DNA from: a virus
Taxonomy: Duplodnaviria > Caudoviricetes
Length of the DNA: 34,592 nucleotides
Strand: one strand, 5' to 3'
Virus record (IMG/VR): IMGVR_UViG_3300030392_000276
Span: 1 to 34,592 of that record
Below the pieces are notes generated by a model. That model did no database searches. It had not been told where the DNA came from and saw only the letters and a program-made list of their open reading frames with translations. Positions 14,041 to 22,820 of this stretch are shown in pieces (within the stretch, counting starts at the first letter, position 1; every line of letters starts with the position of its first letter). A program made the position numbers and the translations under genes.

Positions 14041-16077
14041 ATGAAACTTACAGTAGATATAGAAAATACAGTGTCTAGGTTACCCTCTGGTAAAATTCTT
14101 CTTGATCCATTTACTAAAGGTAATAAATTGGTTTTAGTATGTACAAAGAAAGACACTGGTGAGGAATCTTCTTTCTGGTTTGATCACACTACACATAGTA
14201 CAGACAATGCAAAGAAATTATTGCAGGATCAACTTGATGAAGCTACCGTAATAATTTGTCATAATGCACAGCATGAATTAATTTGGCTGTGGGATACTGG
14301 TTTTGTGTATGATGGTCCTGTATTTGATACTATGCTTGTAGAATACCTATTTCAGAGAGCGGTTAAGCAACCCCTGTCCTTGGAAGCTATTGCAACACGA
14401 TATGAACTAGAAAATCAAAAACTAGATACATTAAAAATACAATTAAACAATGGTCTATCAGTAGATGAAATAGCTGGAGATGAATTACAAGAATATTGTC
14501 TTACTGATGTTAGGGCTACGCAGGAATTAGCGGGGCGGCTGCGTAGAAAAATGTTTAGTGTAGATTACGCCCCTCTTCAAAACATAATTGAACATACAAA
14601 CGAATTGTGTGTCCTATTATCAAAAATATATTGTCGGGGATTTTCAGTAGATAGAAATAGTCTTCAACAAGTTAAACAAGAATTTGAAAAAGAACAACAA
14701 GAAATTAAACAAGCATTGAAATCCCATGTTTCTGCATTAATGGGGGATACTCCTATTAATTTAGCTTCTCCAGAACAATTGAGTATGGTTGTATATAGTA
14801 GAAAACCAAAAAATAAAAGAACGTGGACAGAAAACTTTTCAAAATATATGAAAAAGATAGATTTTGAGGCTGAAGTTAAAAGACATTCAGATATTGTGTA
14901 TAAAACTACTGTCATTCAATGTAAAGATTGTTTTGGAAGGGGTTATAATCTAGTAATAAAGAAAGATGGTACAGTAGGAAAGGCAAAGCGAATATGTAAG
15001 GGATGTAATCATAAAGGTGTTCTGTATTTACCTCGTAATCAGATTGCTGGACTAAAGTTTTCTGCTCCTTCAGCGAGTTGGGTAGCCAATCATGGGTTTA
15101 GCACGAATAAATTGAATATAGGATTACTTGAAGAAACTGCCAAGCGGCTGGGCATGAAAGAAGCTCAAACTTTTCTTTATAAAGTACGACGATTGTCTGC
15201 TCTTGATACCTATTTATCTTCTTTTGTTGAAGGTATTGAAACCTTTGTAAAGCAGGATAATTTATTACATGTGAGGTTGGTTCAACATAGAACCTCGACT
15301 GGTAGATTGGCTTCTGATTCTCCTAATTTGCAAAATATGCCTCGTGGTGGCACTTTTCCGATTAAGCGTGTGTTTAAATCTCGTTGGGAGAATGGTCTTA
15401 TCATAGAGGCGGACTTCGCCCAACTGGAATTTAGGGCTGCAGCCTTTTTAAGTCAGGATGAAGTAGCAAAAACAGAGATTTCTACAGGATTTGATGTTCA
15501 CAGTTATACAGCAGAGGTAATTAGCGCAGCAGGACAAAACACTTCTAGACAGGAAGCTAAAGCGCATACGTTTGCTCCTCTGTTCGGTGCAACAGGCTTT
15601 GGACGAACTAAAGCAGAGGCGGCATACTACAAACAATTTACAGAAAAATATAATGGCATAGCGAAATGGCATACTACACTCGCCAATGAAGTTATGTCTA
15701 CGGGAATGGTCACTACACCAACGGGCCGACAGTTTTCTTTTCCATCTGCTGAACGTAGGGCAAATGGGGGGATCACACATTTTACAGCTATCAAAAATTA
15801 CCCAGTGCAGTCAATTTCTACTGACATTGTACAACTAACCTTGCTTCTGGTAGAAAAAATTATGAGAAAAAATAATCTAAAAAGTCTTATTGTAAACAGT
15901 GTTCACGATAGTATAGTTATAGATACCTATCCAGAAGAAAAAGAGCTTGTTTTAAACTGTATTATGCAGACAGAACAGCAGCTTAGGGATACTTTTTTAA
16001 GTAAATTTGAAGTTAATTTTAATGTTCCCTTTACCTTAGATTATAAAATAGGAAATAATTGGATGGCGGTAAAATAA
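14041..16077 (+). CDS. polA: family A DNA polymerase with 3'-5' exonuclease and DnaJ-type zinc-finger insertion
   Basis: Exo motifs DIE, HN, YCLTD; CKDCFGRG and CKGCNHKG; TGRLAS, NLQNMPRG, motif A DFAQLEFR, motif B RQEAKAHTF, motif C VHDS. Confidence 0.95.
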   Translation: MKLTVDIENTVSRLPSGKILLDPFTKGNKLVLVCTKKDTGEESSFWFDHTTHSTDNAKKLLQDQLDEATVIICHNAQHELIWLWDTGFVYDGPVFDTMLVEYLFQRAVKQPLSLEAIATRYELENQKLDTLKIQLNNGLSVDEIAGDELQEYCLTDVRATQELAGRLRRKMFSVDYAPLQNIIEHTNELCVLLSKIYCRGFSVDRNSLQQVKQEFEKEQQEIKQALKSHVSALMGDTPINLASPEQLSMVVYSRKPKNKRTWTENFSKYMKKIDFEAEVKRHSDIVYKTTVIQCKDCFGRGYNLVIKKDGTVGKAKRICKGCNHKGVLYLPRNQIAGLKFSAPSASWVANHGFSTNKLNIGLLEETAKRLGMKEAQTFLYKVRRLSALDTYLSSFVEGIETFVKQDNLLHVRLVQHRTSTGRLASDSPNLQNMPRGGTFPIKRVFKSRWENGLIIEADFAQLEFRAAAFLSQDEVAKTEISTGFDVHSYTAEVISAAGQNTSRQEAKAHTFAPLFGATGFGRTKAEAAYYKQFTEKYNGIAKWHTTLANEVMSTGMVTTPTGRQFSFPSAERRANGGITHFTAIKNYPVQSISTDIVQLTLLLVEKIMRKNNLKSLIVNSVHDSIVIDTYPEEKELVLNCIMQTEQQLRDTFLSKFEVNFNVPFTLDYKIGNNWMAVK

Positions 16078-16082
16078 TGCAC

Positions 16083-16110
16083 TTGACTTTTTCTTGAGAC
16101 TGGCTATAAT
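16083..16110 (+). promoter_or_regulatory. sigma70-like promoter
   Basis: TTGACT-16 nt-TATAAT, intergenic. Confidence 0.7.
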
Positions 16111-16146
16111 GGGGCAATCTTTTTAGGCATAGTGAAAGGAATAATT

Positions 16147-17079
16147 ATGGACACACAAGTAGTCACAATTGATACTGCTAACTACGATATGGTGGCGGCA
16201 GCGATGGGAATGCTAGATACTTCAGGACCATCTTCTCGTTCTTCAGACGCATTGTGTCGTATGCGTATCTGGAATAAGGCTATCATGGGAACTATGGAAA
16301 ATGGAAAAAAGAGACAGGTAGAGGTAGTTCCCGGTGGAACATTTCGACTTGATGACGGTACAGGAAATTTCAAATACTGTGAAAGCCTATCTTTTCGACC
16401 TTTTCTACAGAGATATAGGTATAACAGATGGGTGCCGTTTCCTACCCCTGATCCTAAAGGGCGGAAAGGTAGGTACATAAAGTCAGCATTCACTCATGAC
16501 TATAGAATATTTAACTCCTCTGATCTGATAGATGATGATGGTGGATTTAATTGTGGGCGTCCTTCTGGGTTCATTAAAGACTGGAAGGAAGTTCCTGAAG
16601 CCACTCGAAAATTGATTACATCAGTCAGGAGAGTTAGGGCTATTTTTGGAACAATTGCCCCAGACGAAAATGCCGCTGTTAATGAGGCAGGAGAAGCAAT
16701 GCCATCTGATGGTGATACTATTCCAGTCATTTGGGAAATTGAAAATAACACTGCTTTTAAGGTCATGGGGGAAGCTCTAGCTAAATATCGAAATGCAGGA
16801 CGCCTATTTCCTCAACATGAAATTAACCTGAGTACAGAAGGTGCGCCTATGATGAACGGTAACATGTTGTACCAGCCTCTCCCTACAATACACCTCTCGA
16901 AAGAAATTGAACTCAAGCAACCAGAAGATAATGACATGCTGATGAAGTTTTCAACTTGGGTAGACAATTATAATAAGTACATTAAGGAAGCATATGATCA
17001 AAAGGCTAAGAACACTCCTTTTACTGATAAAGAGGTAGCGGTTCTTAACTCCTTCGTGCCGGTTGAAGATAATCAATAA
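16147..17079 (+). CDS. putative ssDNA-binding/annealing protein
   Basis: Lies between polymerase and exonuclease; RPF.Q, D..GGFNCGRPSG motif, acidic tail; function inferred from synteny. Confidence 0.55.
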   Translation: MDTQVVTIDTANYDMVAAAMGMLDTSGPSSRSSDALCRMRIWNKAIMGTMENGKKRQVEVVPGGTFRLDDGTGNFKYCESLSFRPFLQRYRYNRWVPFPTPDPKGRKGRYIKSAFTHDYRIFNSSDLIDDDGGFNCGRPSGFIKDWKEVPEATRKLITSVRRVRAIFGTIAPDENAAVNEAGEAMPSDGDTIPVIWEIENNTAFKVMGEALAKYRNAGRLFPQHEINLSTEGAPMMNGNMLYQPLPTIHLSKEIELKQPEDNDMLMKFSTWVDNYNKYIKEAYDQKAKNTPFTDKEVAVLNSFVPVEDNQ

Positions 17080-17080
17080 T

Positions 17081-17950
17081 ATGGAACACCCTGTTGAACT
17101 ACTTGTTCATTCATATTTAAGCTCAGTTCGTAAGGGTGCTGCCACAATGTCTGAGGAAAACATAAAAGGCATTGTAAAGCATGTAGAACAAGCCGTGCGT
17201 AGGCAATTTAAAAAGAGAGAGGATACAAAAGATTTTCGTTTACGAGCAAGCAATATTGGTAAGGCGACTTGTCAACTTTGGTTTCAAAAGAATAAACCAG
17301 AGGCTGCTGTTCCTCCCCCTTCACATTTTCTTTTGCGAATGATGATTGGAGATATAACAGAAGCAGTATTCAAGGGCATTTTAAAAGAAGCAGGAGCTAC
17401 CTTCGAGAAGCCAGAGAAAATAGAGACAACTCTAGCTGGTGAAAAAATATCGGGGGAATATGATTTAGTACTTGATAATCAAGTAGATGATATTAAATCA
17501 ACTAGCCCGTGGAGTTATAAAAATAAATGGATTGATGGAGAAACTTTAGAAAATAGTGATCCTTTTGGTTATGTAGGACAACTTGCAATTTATGCTACAG
17601 GCAAAAAGGTTAAACCGGGAGGGTGGTGGGTTATAAACAATTCTTCTGGAGAATTTAAGTATGTTAAATATACCAGTGATACTAATACAGTACTAGAGAA
17701 ACTTACAAAAACAGTTGAAGTGTTAAAAGATAATACTTTTAAAAGATGCTATAAGCCCGTTAAAGAAACTTTTTATAAGCGAGAAACAGGTGCTTATGTA
17801 CTTGGTACAGAATGCAGGTTTTGTAATTTTAGATATTCCTGTTGGGGGGACAGCTTAACAGAAGAAACTTCACGAGTTAGTAAAGCTAAAACAAAACCTC
17901 TAGTATATTATATAGATATGGAAAAAGGAGAGAAAGTAAATGTCAACTAA
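17081..17950 (+). CDS. PD-(D/E)XK exonuclease (Cas4/RecB-like)
   Basis: RASNIGKATCQLW, GD..E, GEYD, DDIKS, GYVGQLAIY, C-terminal CRFC...C. Confidence 0.85.
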   Translation: MEHPVELLVHSYLSSVRKGAATMSEENIKGIVKHVEQAVRRQFKKREDTKDFRLRASNIGKATCQLWFQKNKPEAAVPPPSHFLLRMMIGDITEAVFKGILKEAGATFEKPEKIETTLAGEKISGEYDLVLDNQVDDIKSTSPWSYKNKWIDGETLENSDPFGYVGQLAIYATGKKVKPGGWWVINNSSGEFKYVKYTSDTNTVLEKLTKTVEVLKDNTFKRCYKPVKETFYKRETGAYVLGTECRFCNFRYSCWGDSLTEETSRVSKAKTKPLVYYIDMEKGEKVNVN

Positions 17951-18245
17951 TAAATTGGATAGTATTGTTAAAATTGTAAAAGAACAAAAAGAGGTGAATG
18001 AACCAACCGTATTTGAAGCTATGTCTATTGACGAGTTGCAAGATGCGGTAAATGAAATGGCTACACAATTACGAGATGCAAAAGTAGCCTTGCGAAACAA
18101 AAAGTTGTCGGGTTTAAAGATTGCTATTGAAGTCAAGAAGGAAGCTGATGCAGATGTAGCAGAAGAGCTAAAGAGACTAGGGTATCACTATTCATATAGA
18201 ACCCTAGGTGATCCTGCGAGAACTTTTTACGAGCGATATATATAA
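17940..18245 (+). CDS. hypothetical coiled-coil protein
   Basis: 101-aa ORF with AAGGAG RBS. Confidence 0.75.
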   Translation: MSTNKLDSIVKIVKEQKEVNEPTVFEAMSIDELQDAVNEMATQLRDAKVALRNKKLSGLKIAIEVKKEADADVAEELKRLGYHYSYRTLGDPARTFYERYI

Positions 18246-18256
18246 TTTTTCTAAAT

Positions 18257-18295
18257 GGGGGGAAGGCTATTAATGCCTTCCCTCTATTTTATTTT
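18257..18295 (+). terminator. intrinsic terminator
   Basis: GGGGGAAGGC-TATTAAT-GCCTTCCCTC stem followed by TATTTTATTTT. Confidence 0.7.
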
Positions 18296-18310
18296 AAGAA
18301 AGGTACTAGC

Positions 18311-18781
18311 ATGAAAGAAATTAATGTTTCCTTAGATATGCTTGACCAAGCCAGAATAAAGGCAAAAGAGTTAGGACAATTAAGTAATTCCATACTAAAA
18401 GGAAAAGGAAATTTAGTGGGGTTTATAGGAGAACAAATAGCCCTTTCTCATTTAGGAGGAACGTGGCAAAATACATATGAGTATGATCTTGTTCTTCCTG
18501 ATGGAGAAAAAATAGACGTAAAGACTAAGCAAACTTCTGTTACACCCCTACCTGAATATGATTGTAGTGTAGCAAAATATAATATTGATCAGAAATGTGA
18601 TTCGTATGTATTTATTAGAGTGAAAGGAGACTTAACAGTGGGGTGGTATTTAGGTAGGATTAAGAAAGATGACTTTTTAAATAAAGCAATTTTTATGAAA
18701 AAGGGAGATTTTGATCCAAGTAATAACTATAAAGTTAAAGCAGATTGTTATAACTTAAAAATAAAAGAGTTAAACAACTAG
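18311..18781 (+). CDS. putative PD-(D/E)XK-like nuclease
   Basis: GFIGE...YDL...IDVKTK pattern. Confidence 0.6.
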   Translation: MKEINVSLDMLDQARIKAKELGQLSNSILKGKGNLVGFIGEQIALSHLGGTWQNTYEYDLVLPDGEKIDVKTKQTSVTPLPEYDCSVAKYNIDQKCDSYVFIRVKGDLTVGWYLGRIKKDDFLNKAIFMKKGDFDPSNNYKVKADCYNLKIKELNN

Positions 18782-18797
18782 AATTTGTTCCAATGTA

Positions 18798-19253
18798 ATG
18801 TACAATAAAAAGGGATATAGTAAAGCTAGAGCAGCAGGTTTTAGATCAGGTCTAGAACAACTGGTGGCTAAACAAATTAAAAAATCTAACCATGCTATTA
18901 GATATGAAACTATTAAAATTAAATGGGTTGATTTTTCAATACGATCTTATACTCCTGATTTTATATTAGATAATGGTATTGTATTAGAAGTAAAAGGGTT
19001 TTGGCCTACAGCGGATAGGCGCAAGCATGTAGAAATAAAGAAACAACACTATACCTTAGACATACGAATAGTATTTGAAAACAGTAAAAGAAAAATAAGA
19101 AAAGGTTCTAAAACAACCTATGGAGATTGGTGTAAAAAGAAAGATATACTTTATTGTGATAGAGTTATTCCCCGAAATTGGCTAAAGGAAAAATTAATTT
19201 TTATGCCACCTACCATAACAGAAGTAGAAACAAAAAGTGAGGACACACTATGA
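18798..19253 (+). CDS. T7 endonuclease I-like Holliday junction resolvase
   Basis: FRSGLE, YTPDFIL, EVKG, DRRKH, KTTYGDWC. Confidence 0.92.
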   Translation: MYNKKGYSKARAAGFRSGLEQLVAKQIKKSNHAIRYETIKIKWVDFSIRSYTPDFILDNGIVLEVKGFWPTADRRKHVEIKKQHYTLDIRIVFENSKRKIRKGSKTTYGDWCKKKDILYCDRVIPRNWLKEKLIFMPPTITEVETKSEDTL

Positions 19254-19606
19254 TTAACATCCATAAACACTTGACACCAGATGATTTTATCATTATTCTA
19301 CGTCCAGTAAAAGGACAGGTTGAAGTTCAAGAGGAAGAAGAAACAACAGAAAAGGAAGGGTGGACTGGAGAGGTGCAAGTTTCAATTGTTACAAATGCTC
19401 AACAGACAACTTTATCTGACTCGGAGTTTGTTAACATGGTAATGCTTTGTAATTTTGCTGCAGCTTCTATTCCTGCTATGGAAGAGAATGTTTTTTTAAG
19501 AGATATGGTAAAAACCTATGTTCAAAAATCTATGATTACGCCGATGCCCGAAAATCTAGAAAATACTATACTAACTTTTGATTCAAAAACAAAAGGAACC
19601 GCTTGA
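19250..19606 (+). CDS. conserved phage hypothetical protein
   Basis: DDFIIILRP...WTGEV...FDSKTKG; coupled to neighbours. Confidence 0.75.
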   Translation: MINIHKHLTPDDFIIILRPVKGQVEVQEEEETTEKEGWTGEVQVSIVTNAQQTTLSDSEFVNMVMLCNFAAASIPAMEENVFLRDMVKTYVQKSMITPMPENLENTILTFDSKTKGTA

Positions 19607-19875
19607 TGGAAAATGACACAGTTAATCATCCCCTACATTATAATAATAATATATTTGGTATTGAATGTATTCAAGCTATTAGAGCAGCACTTACAGACGA
19701 AGAATTTAAAGGCTACTGTAAAGGTAATGTTCTTAAATATACATGGAGAGAAGGCTATAAACATGGTGTAGAAGATTTGAATAAGGCATCATGGTATCTT
19801 ACTTACCTATTGAAAAGTTTACAGAATGAAAAAATAATTAGTGACCCTTGTCAAGTAAAAATGGAAGTACTATGA
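19603..19875 (+). CDS. DUF3310 protein (T7 gp1.7-like nucleotide kinase domain)
   Basis: VNHPLHY, IECI.AI, GYCKGNVLKYTWR, EDLNKASWYL. Confidence 0.85.
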   Translation: MMENDTVNHPLHYNNNIFGIECIQAIRAALTDEEFKGYCKGNVLKYTWREGYKHGVEDLNKASWYLTYLLKSLQNEKIISDPCQVKMEVL

Positions 19876-20048
19876 AAACAAAAGCTAGAATATCTATTTT
19901 TGTGGAGCTTGATCCAGACGAATTTCCTATGCCTGTTGATGGTGATCCAACGGAAGAATTAACAGATATGATGGAAGAACTACTTAATCATCTCGACGGG
20001 GTTGTACCCCTAAATATAACCATAAAATGTAGTGGAGGAGAACTATGA
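19872..20048 (+). CDS. conserved acidic hypothetical protein
   Basis: ELDPDEFPMPVDGDP; ATGA-coupled. Confidence 0.7.
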   Translation: MKTKARISIFVELDPDEFPMPVDGDPTEELTDMMEELLNHLDGVVPLNITIKCSGGEL

Positions 20049-21994
20049 ACGATTATCAGAACATAATAGCTATGTCGAGGTACGCCCGGTGGATTGAAGA
20101 GAAAGGTAGAAGAGAAACATGGCAGGAAACAGTCACTAGACTACTCAATTACTATAGGGATTTTCTTAAAGACAAACATAATTTTACTCTTCCAAAAGAA
20201 GTTTATACAGATTTATATGTAGCTATTACTACATTGAAAGTTATGCCGAGCATGAGAGCAATGATGACCGCTGGGCCAGCACTTGAAAGAAACCATATAG
20301 CATCGTATAATTGTTCCTATCTCTCTGTTGATAGTCCACGAGCATTTGATGAATGCTTATATATTCTTATGCACGGTACGGGTGTAGGATTTTCTGTAGA
20401 GCGCCAATTTATTTCTCAGCTACCAAAGGTTCCAGATGAGTTTGAAAATAGTGAGACTACAATTATCGTACAAGATAGTAAGGAAGGATGGCACCGTAGT
20501 TATAAAGAACTAATTAATTTGCTATATGCTGGCATGGTCCCTCAATGGGATATGTCCAGAGTACGTCCAGCAGGAGCTAAACTAAAGACTTTTGGTGGAC
20601 GGGCTAGTGGTCCTGATCCTCTAGAAAATCTCTTTATGTTTACTACAAATATTTTCAAGAGAGCGTCTGGTAGAAAGCTATCCAGCATAGAATGCCATGA
20701 TCTAATGTGCAAGATTGCAGATGTAGTAGTAGTGGGAGGAGTACGTAGGTCTGCGTTAATTAGTCTGTCTAACCTATCAGATGATCGTATGAGACATGCA
20801 AAATCTGGGTCATGGTGGGAGACTGAATCACAACGTACTCTATCTAATAATAGCGTATGTTATACAGAAAAGCCAGACATAGGTACATTTATGCGTGAAT
20901 GGGTAGCTCTGTACGATTCTAAATCAGGGGAGCGGGGAATCTTTAATCGTACCTCTGCTCAAAAACAAGCAGCTAAGTATGAGCGCCGTCCTGCTGATGT
21001 GGAATACGGAACTAACCCGTGTTGTGAGATTATCCTTAGACCTAAGCAGTTCTGTAATCTATCTGAGGTAGTTGTTAGAGAAGAAGATACGCCAGAAACT
21101 TTACAAAAGAAAGTTGAACTTGCAACTATTCTTGGGACTATACAATCTTGCTTCACTGATATTAAGGGCTTGAGCCGACAGTGGACAAAAAATACAGAAG
21201 AAGAAAGGCTGCTTGGTGTATCCTTAACTGGTATTATGGACAATAAAATGTTGGCTAATAAAACCAAAGATAATTTACCTGCACTTCTAGAGAACCTAAG
21301 ACTTTGGGCAGTTGCAACAAATAGTAAATGGGCAAAGCTGTTAGGTATAGAGCCTTCAGCAGCTATTACTTGTGTCAAGCCCTCTGGTACAGTTAGCCAA
21401 TTGGTCAACGCTGCGAGTGGCATACATCCTAGACATAATGACTATTACATACGAACTATAAGAGCAGACAAGAAAGACCCACTGACTCAATTCTTGATTG
21501 ATAAAGGCTTTCCTTGGGAAGATGCTGCAGAGAATCCTGATAGTACTGTTGTGTTTTCCTTTCCTTTTAAATCGCCTACTAATGCAGTAACTAGAAAAGA
21601 CATTTCTGCGATTGATCATTTGACTTTATGGAAAATTTATGCTAATCATTGGTGTGAACATAAGCCTTCTATTACAGTTAGCTTAAAAGAACCAGAATGG
21701 CTGGAGGTTGCAAATTTTGTATACGCTAATTTTGATGACATGTCAGGTATCAGCTTTCTTCCTATGACAGAACACATGTATAAACAAGCTCCATATCAGG
21801 ACTGTAATAAAGAAGCATACTTTAGGTTATTAGAAAAGATGCCCATAGGAGTAAATTGGGAAAGTTTTAGTAGTTATGAAAAAGAAGATTTAACTTCCGG
21901 TACACAAGAACTGGCTTGTACAGCAGATGCATGTGAGGTGGTGGACTTTCCTTCTGTTGCACCACTTGCTGCACTATCTCAAGGAGATGTATAA
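20045..21994 (+). CDS. nrdJ: class II (adenosylcobalamin-dependent) ribonucleotide reductase
   Basis: NCSY, GTGVGFS, RASGP, GGVRRSA, TNPCCEI, CNLSEV, CVKPSGT, C-terminal CTADAC; no beta-subunit gene nearby. Confidence 0.9.
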   Translation: MNDYQNIIAMSRYARWIEEKGRRETWQETVTRLLNYYRDFLKDKHNFTLPKEVYTDLYVAITTLKVMPSMRAMMTAGPALERNHIASYNCSYLSVDSPRAFDECLYILMHGTGVGFSVERQFISQLPKVPDEFENSETTIIVQDSKEGWHRSYKELINLLYAGMVPQWDMSRVRPAGAKLKTFGGRASGPDPLENLFMFTTNIFKRASGRKLSSIECHDLMCKIADVVVVGGVRRSALISLSNLSDDRMRHAKSGSWWETESQRTLSNNSVCYTEKPDIGTFMREWVALYDSKSGERGIFNRTSAQKQAAKYERRPADVEYGTNPCCEIILRPKQFCNLSEVVVREEDTPETLQKKVELATILGTIQSCFTDIKGLSRQWTKNTEEERLLGVSLTGIMDNKMLANKTKDNLPALLENLRLWAVATNSKWAKLLGIEPSAAITCVKPSGTVSQLVNAASGIHPRHNDYYIRTIRADKKDPLTQFLIDKGFPWEDAAENPDSTVVFSFPFKSPTNAVTRKDISAIDHLTLWKIYANHWCEHKPSITVSLKEPEWLEVANFVYANFDDMSGISFLPMTEHMYKQAPYQDCNKEAYFRLLEKMPIGVNWESFSSYEKEDLTSGTQELACTADACEVVDFPSVAPLAALSQGDV

Positions 21995-21995
21995 A

Positions 21996-22262
21996 ATGAA
22001 AACTATGTATAGTAAAGAAAAGAATGTTCCTCTTCGCATTCAATTTGAGAAAGGGCATCGTGCATTCCATCGTGGCAAGATTACTAATCCATACAAACCA
22101 AATACTTCTTTCTATCAGGAGTGGGAACGAGGATTTAATAAGGCATACTTTGAAAACTTAGAGATACACGAAAATATGTTGGTCAAAAGAAATTTATCAG
22201 TGAGCCAGCGTGAAAGACTTGTGCTTGGTGATTGGAATGAGAAACAAAATGTTAAACATTGA
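21996..22262 (+). CDS. conserved hypothetical protein (PL.IQFEKG..AF...NPY...EWERGFNKAYFENL)
   Basis: AAGGAG RBS before ATG 21996. Confidence 0.7.
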   Translation: MKTMYSKEKNVPLRIQFEKGHRAFHRGKITNPYKPNTSFYQEWERGFNKAYFENLEIHENMLVKRNLSVSQRERLVLGDWNEKQNVKH

Positions 22263-22407
22263 AAAAGAAGCAAAAACTTGGATGAAAAAAAAGGAAGGCA
22301 AAATGCCTTCCAAGCTCATTATAAAAATGAAAATAGGGTATGATTATAAATTTATTATACTACTAATTCATTTATACCTAATATTAATACTACTACTATT
22401 TTTCTAA
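22237..22407 (+). pseudogene. possible truncated gene remnant at the arm junction
   Basis: Begins MRNKMLNIEKEAKTWMKKKEG, then runs through the terminator into low-complexity AT-rich sequence. Confidence 0.3.
22285..22311 (-). terminator. intrinsic terminator for the minus-strand late arm
   Basis: Minus strand reads GGAAGGCA-TTT-TGCCTTCC followed by T8. Confidence 0.75.
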
Positions 22408-22820
22408 TCTCCGTTTACTTTTCCAGCATCCTTAATTTGCTCTTTAAGCTCCTCCACAATTTCGTGGCGGGGCTTTTTTCTTTCTATTCTAGTTAGTCCA
22501 TGAGTAGCACGAGAAGTTTCATCATGTTCTATAAAATTTATTTCAAGAACTCGCACTCTATCAATTAAACGAATAGTCATTATTCTCATTTCGTCAAGCT
22601 TTTGACCAAGTTGTTTTCGGGTATCTCGTGTTTCTTCGTCTAGTTCTTCTTTCAACTGGTCAATAGATTTAACAAGAGTACGATGCTCCTCTTGAAGTTC
22701 TTGTTTAAAACTTCCTGTTATCCATTTTATTAGCCACCATAAAGCATAGCCAGCAGCAGCGGCAGTAAGCACTGGTATGCCAACAGTTTCAAACATTTTA
22801 ATGAACATAGGTATGGACAT
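22404..22820 (-). CDS. membrane-anchored coiled-coil protein (holin/spanin-like, tentative)
   Basis: N-terminal TM (VGIPVLTAAAAGYALWWLIKWI) followed by coiled coil; last gene of the late arm. Confidence 0.5.
   Translation of the reverse strand: MSIPMFIKMFETVGIPVLTAAAAGYALWWLIKWITGSFKQELQEEHRTLVKSIDQLKEELDEETRDTRKQLGQKLDEMRIMTIRLIDRVRVLEINFIEHDETSRATHGLTRIERKKPRHEIVEELKEQIKDAGKVNGD

Noticed and set aside
14914-15018. Intein or intron in the polymerase or RNR
   Set aside because: The insertion is a short CxxCxGxG zinc finger with no splice motifs or homing endonuclease; RNR length is normal
17081-17950. Cas4-like nuclease plus Csx16 as a phage CRISPR-Cas locus
   Set aside because: The nuclease sits in the standard replication module 15 kb away; no array, cas1/2 or cas10 is present
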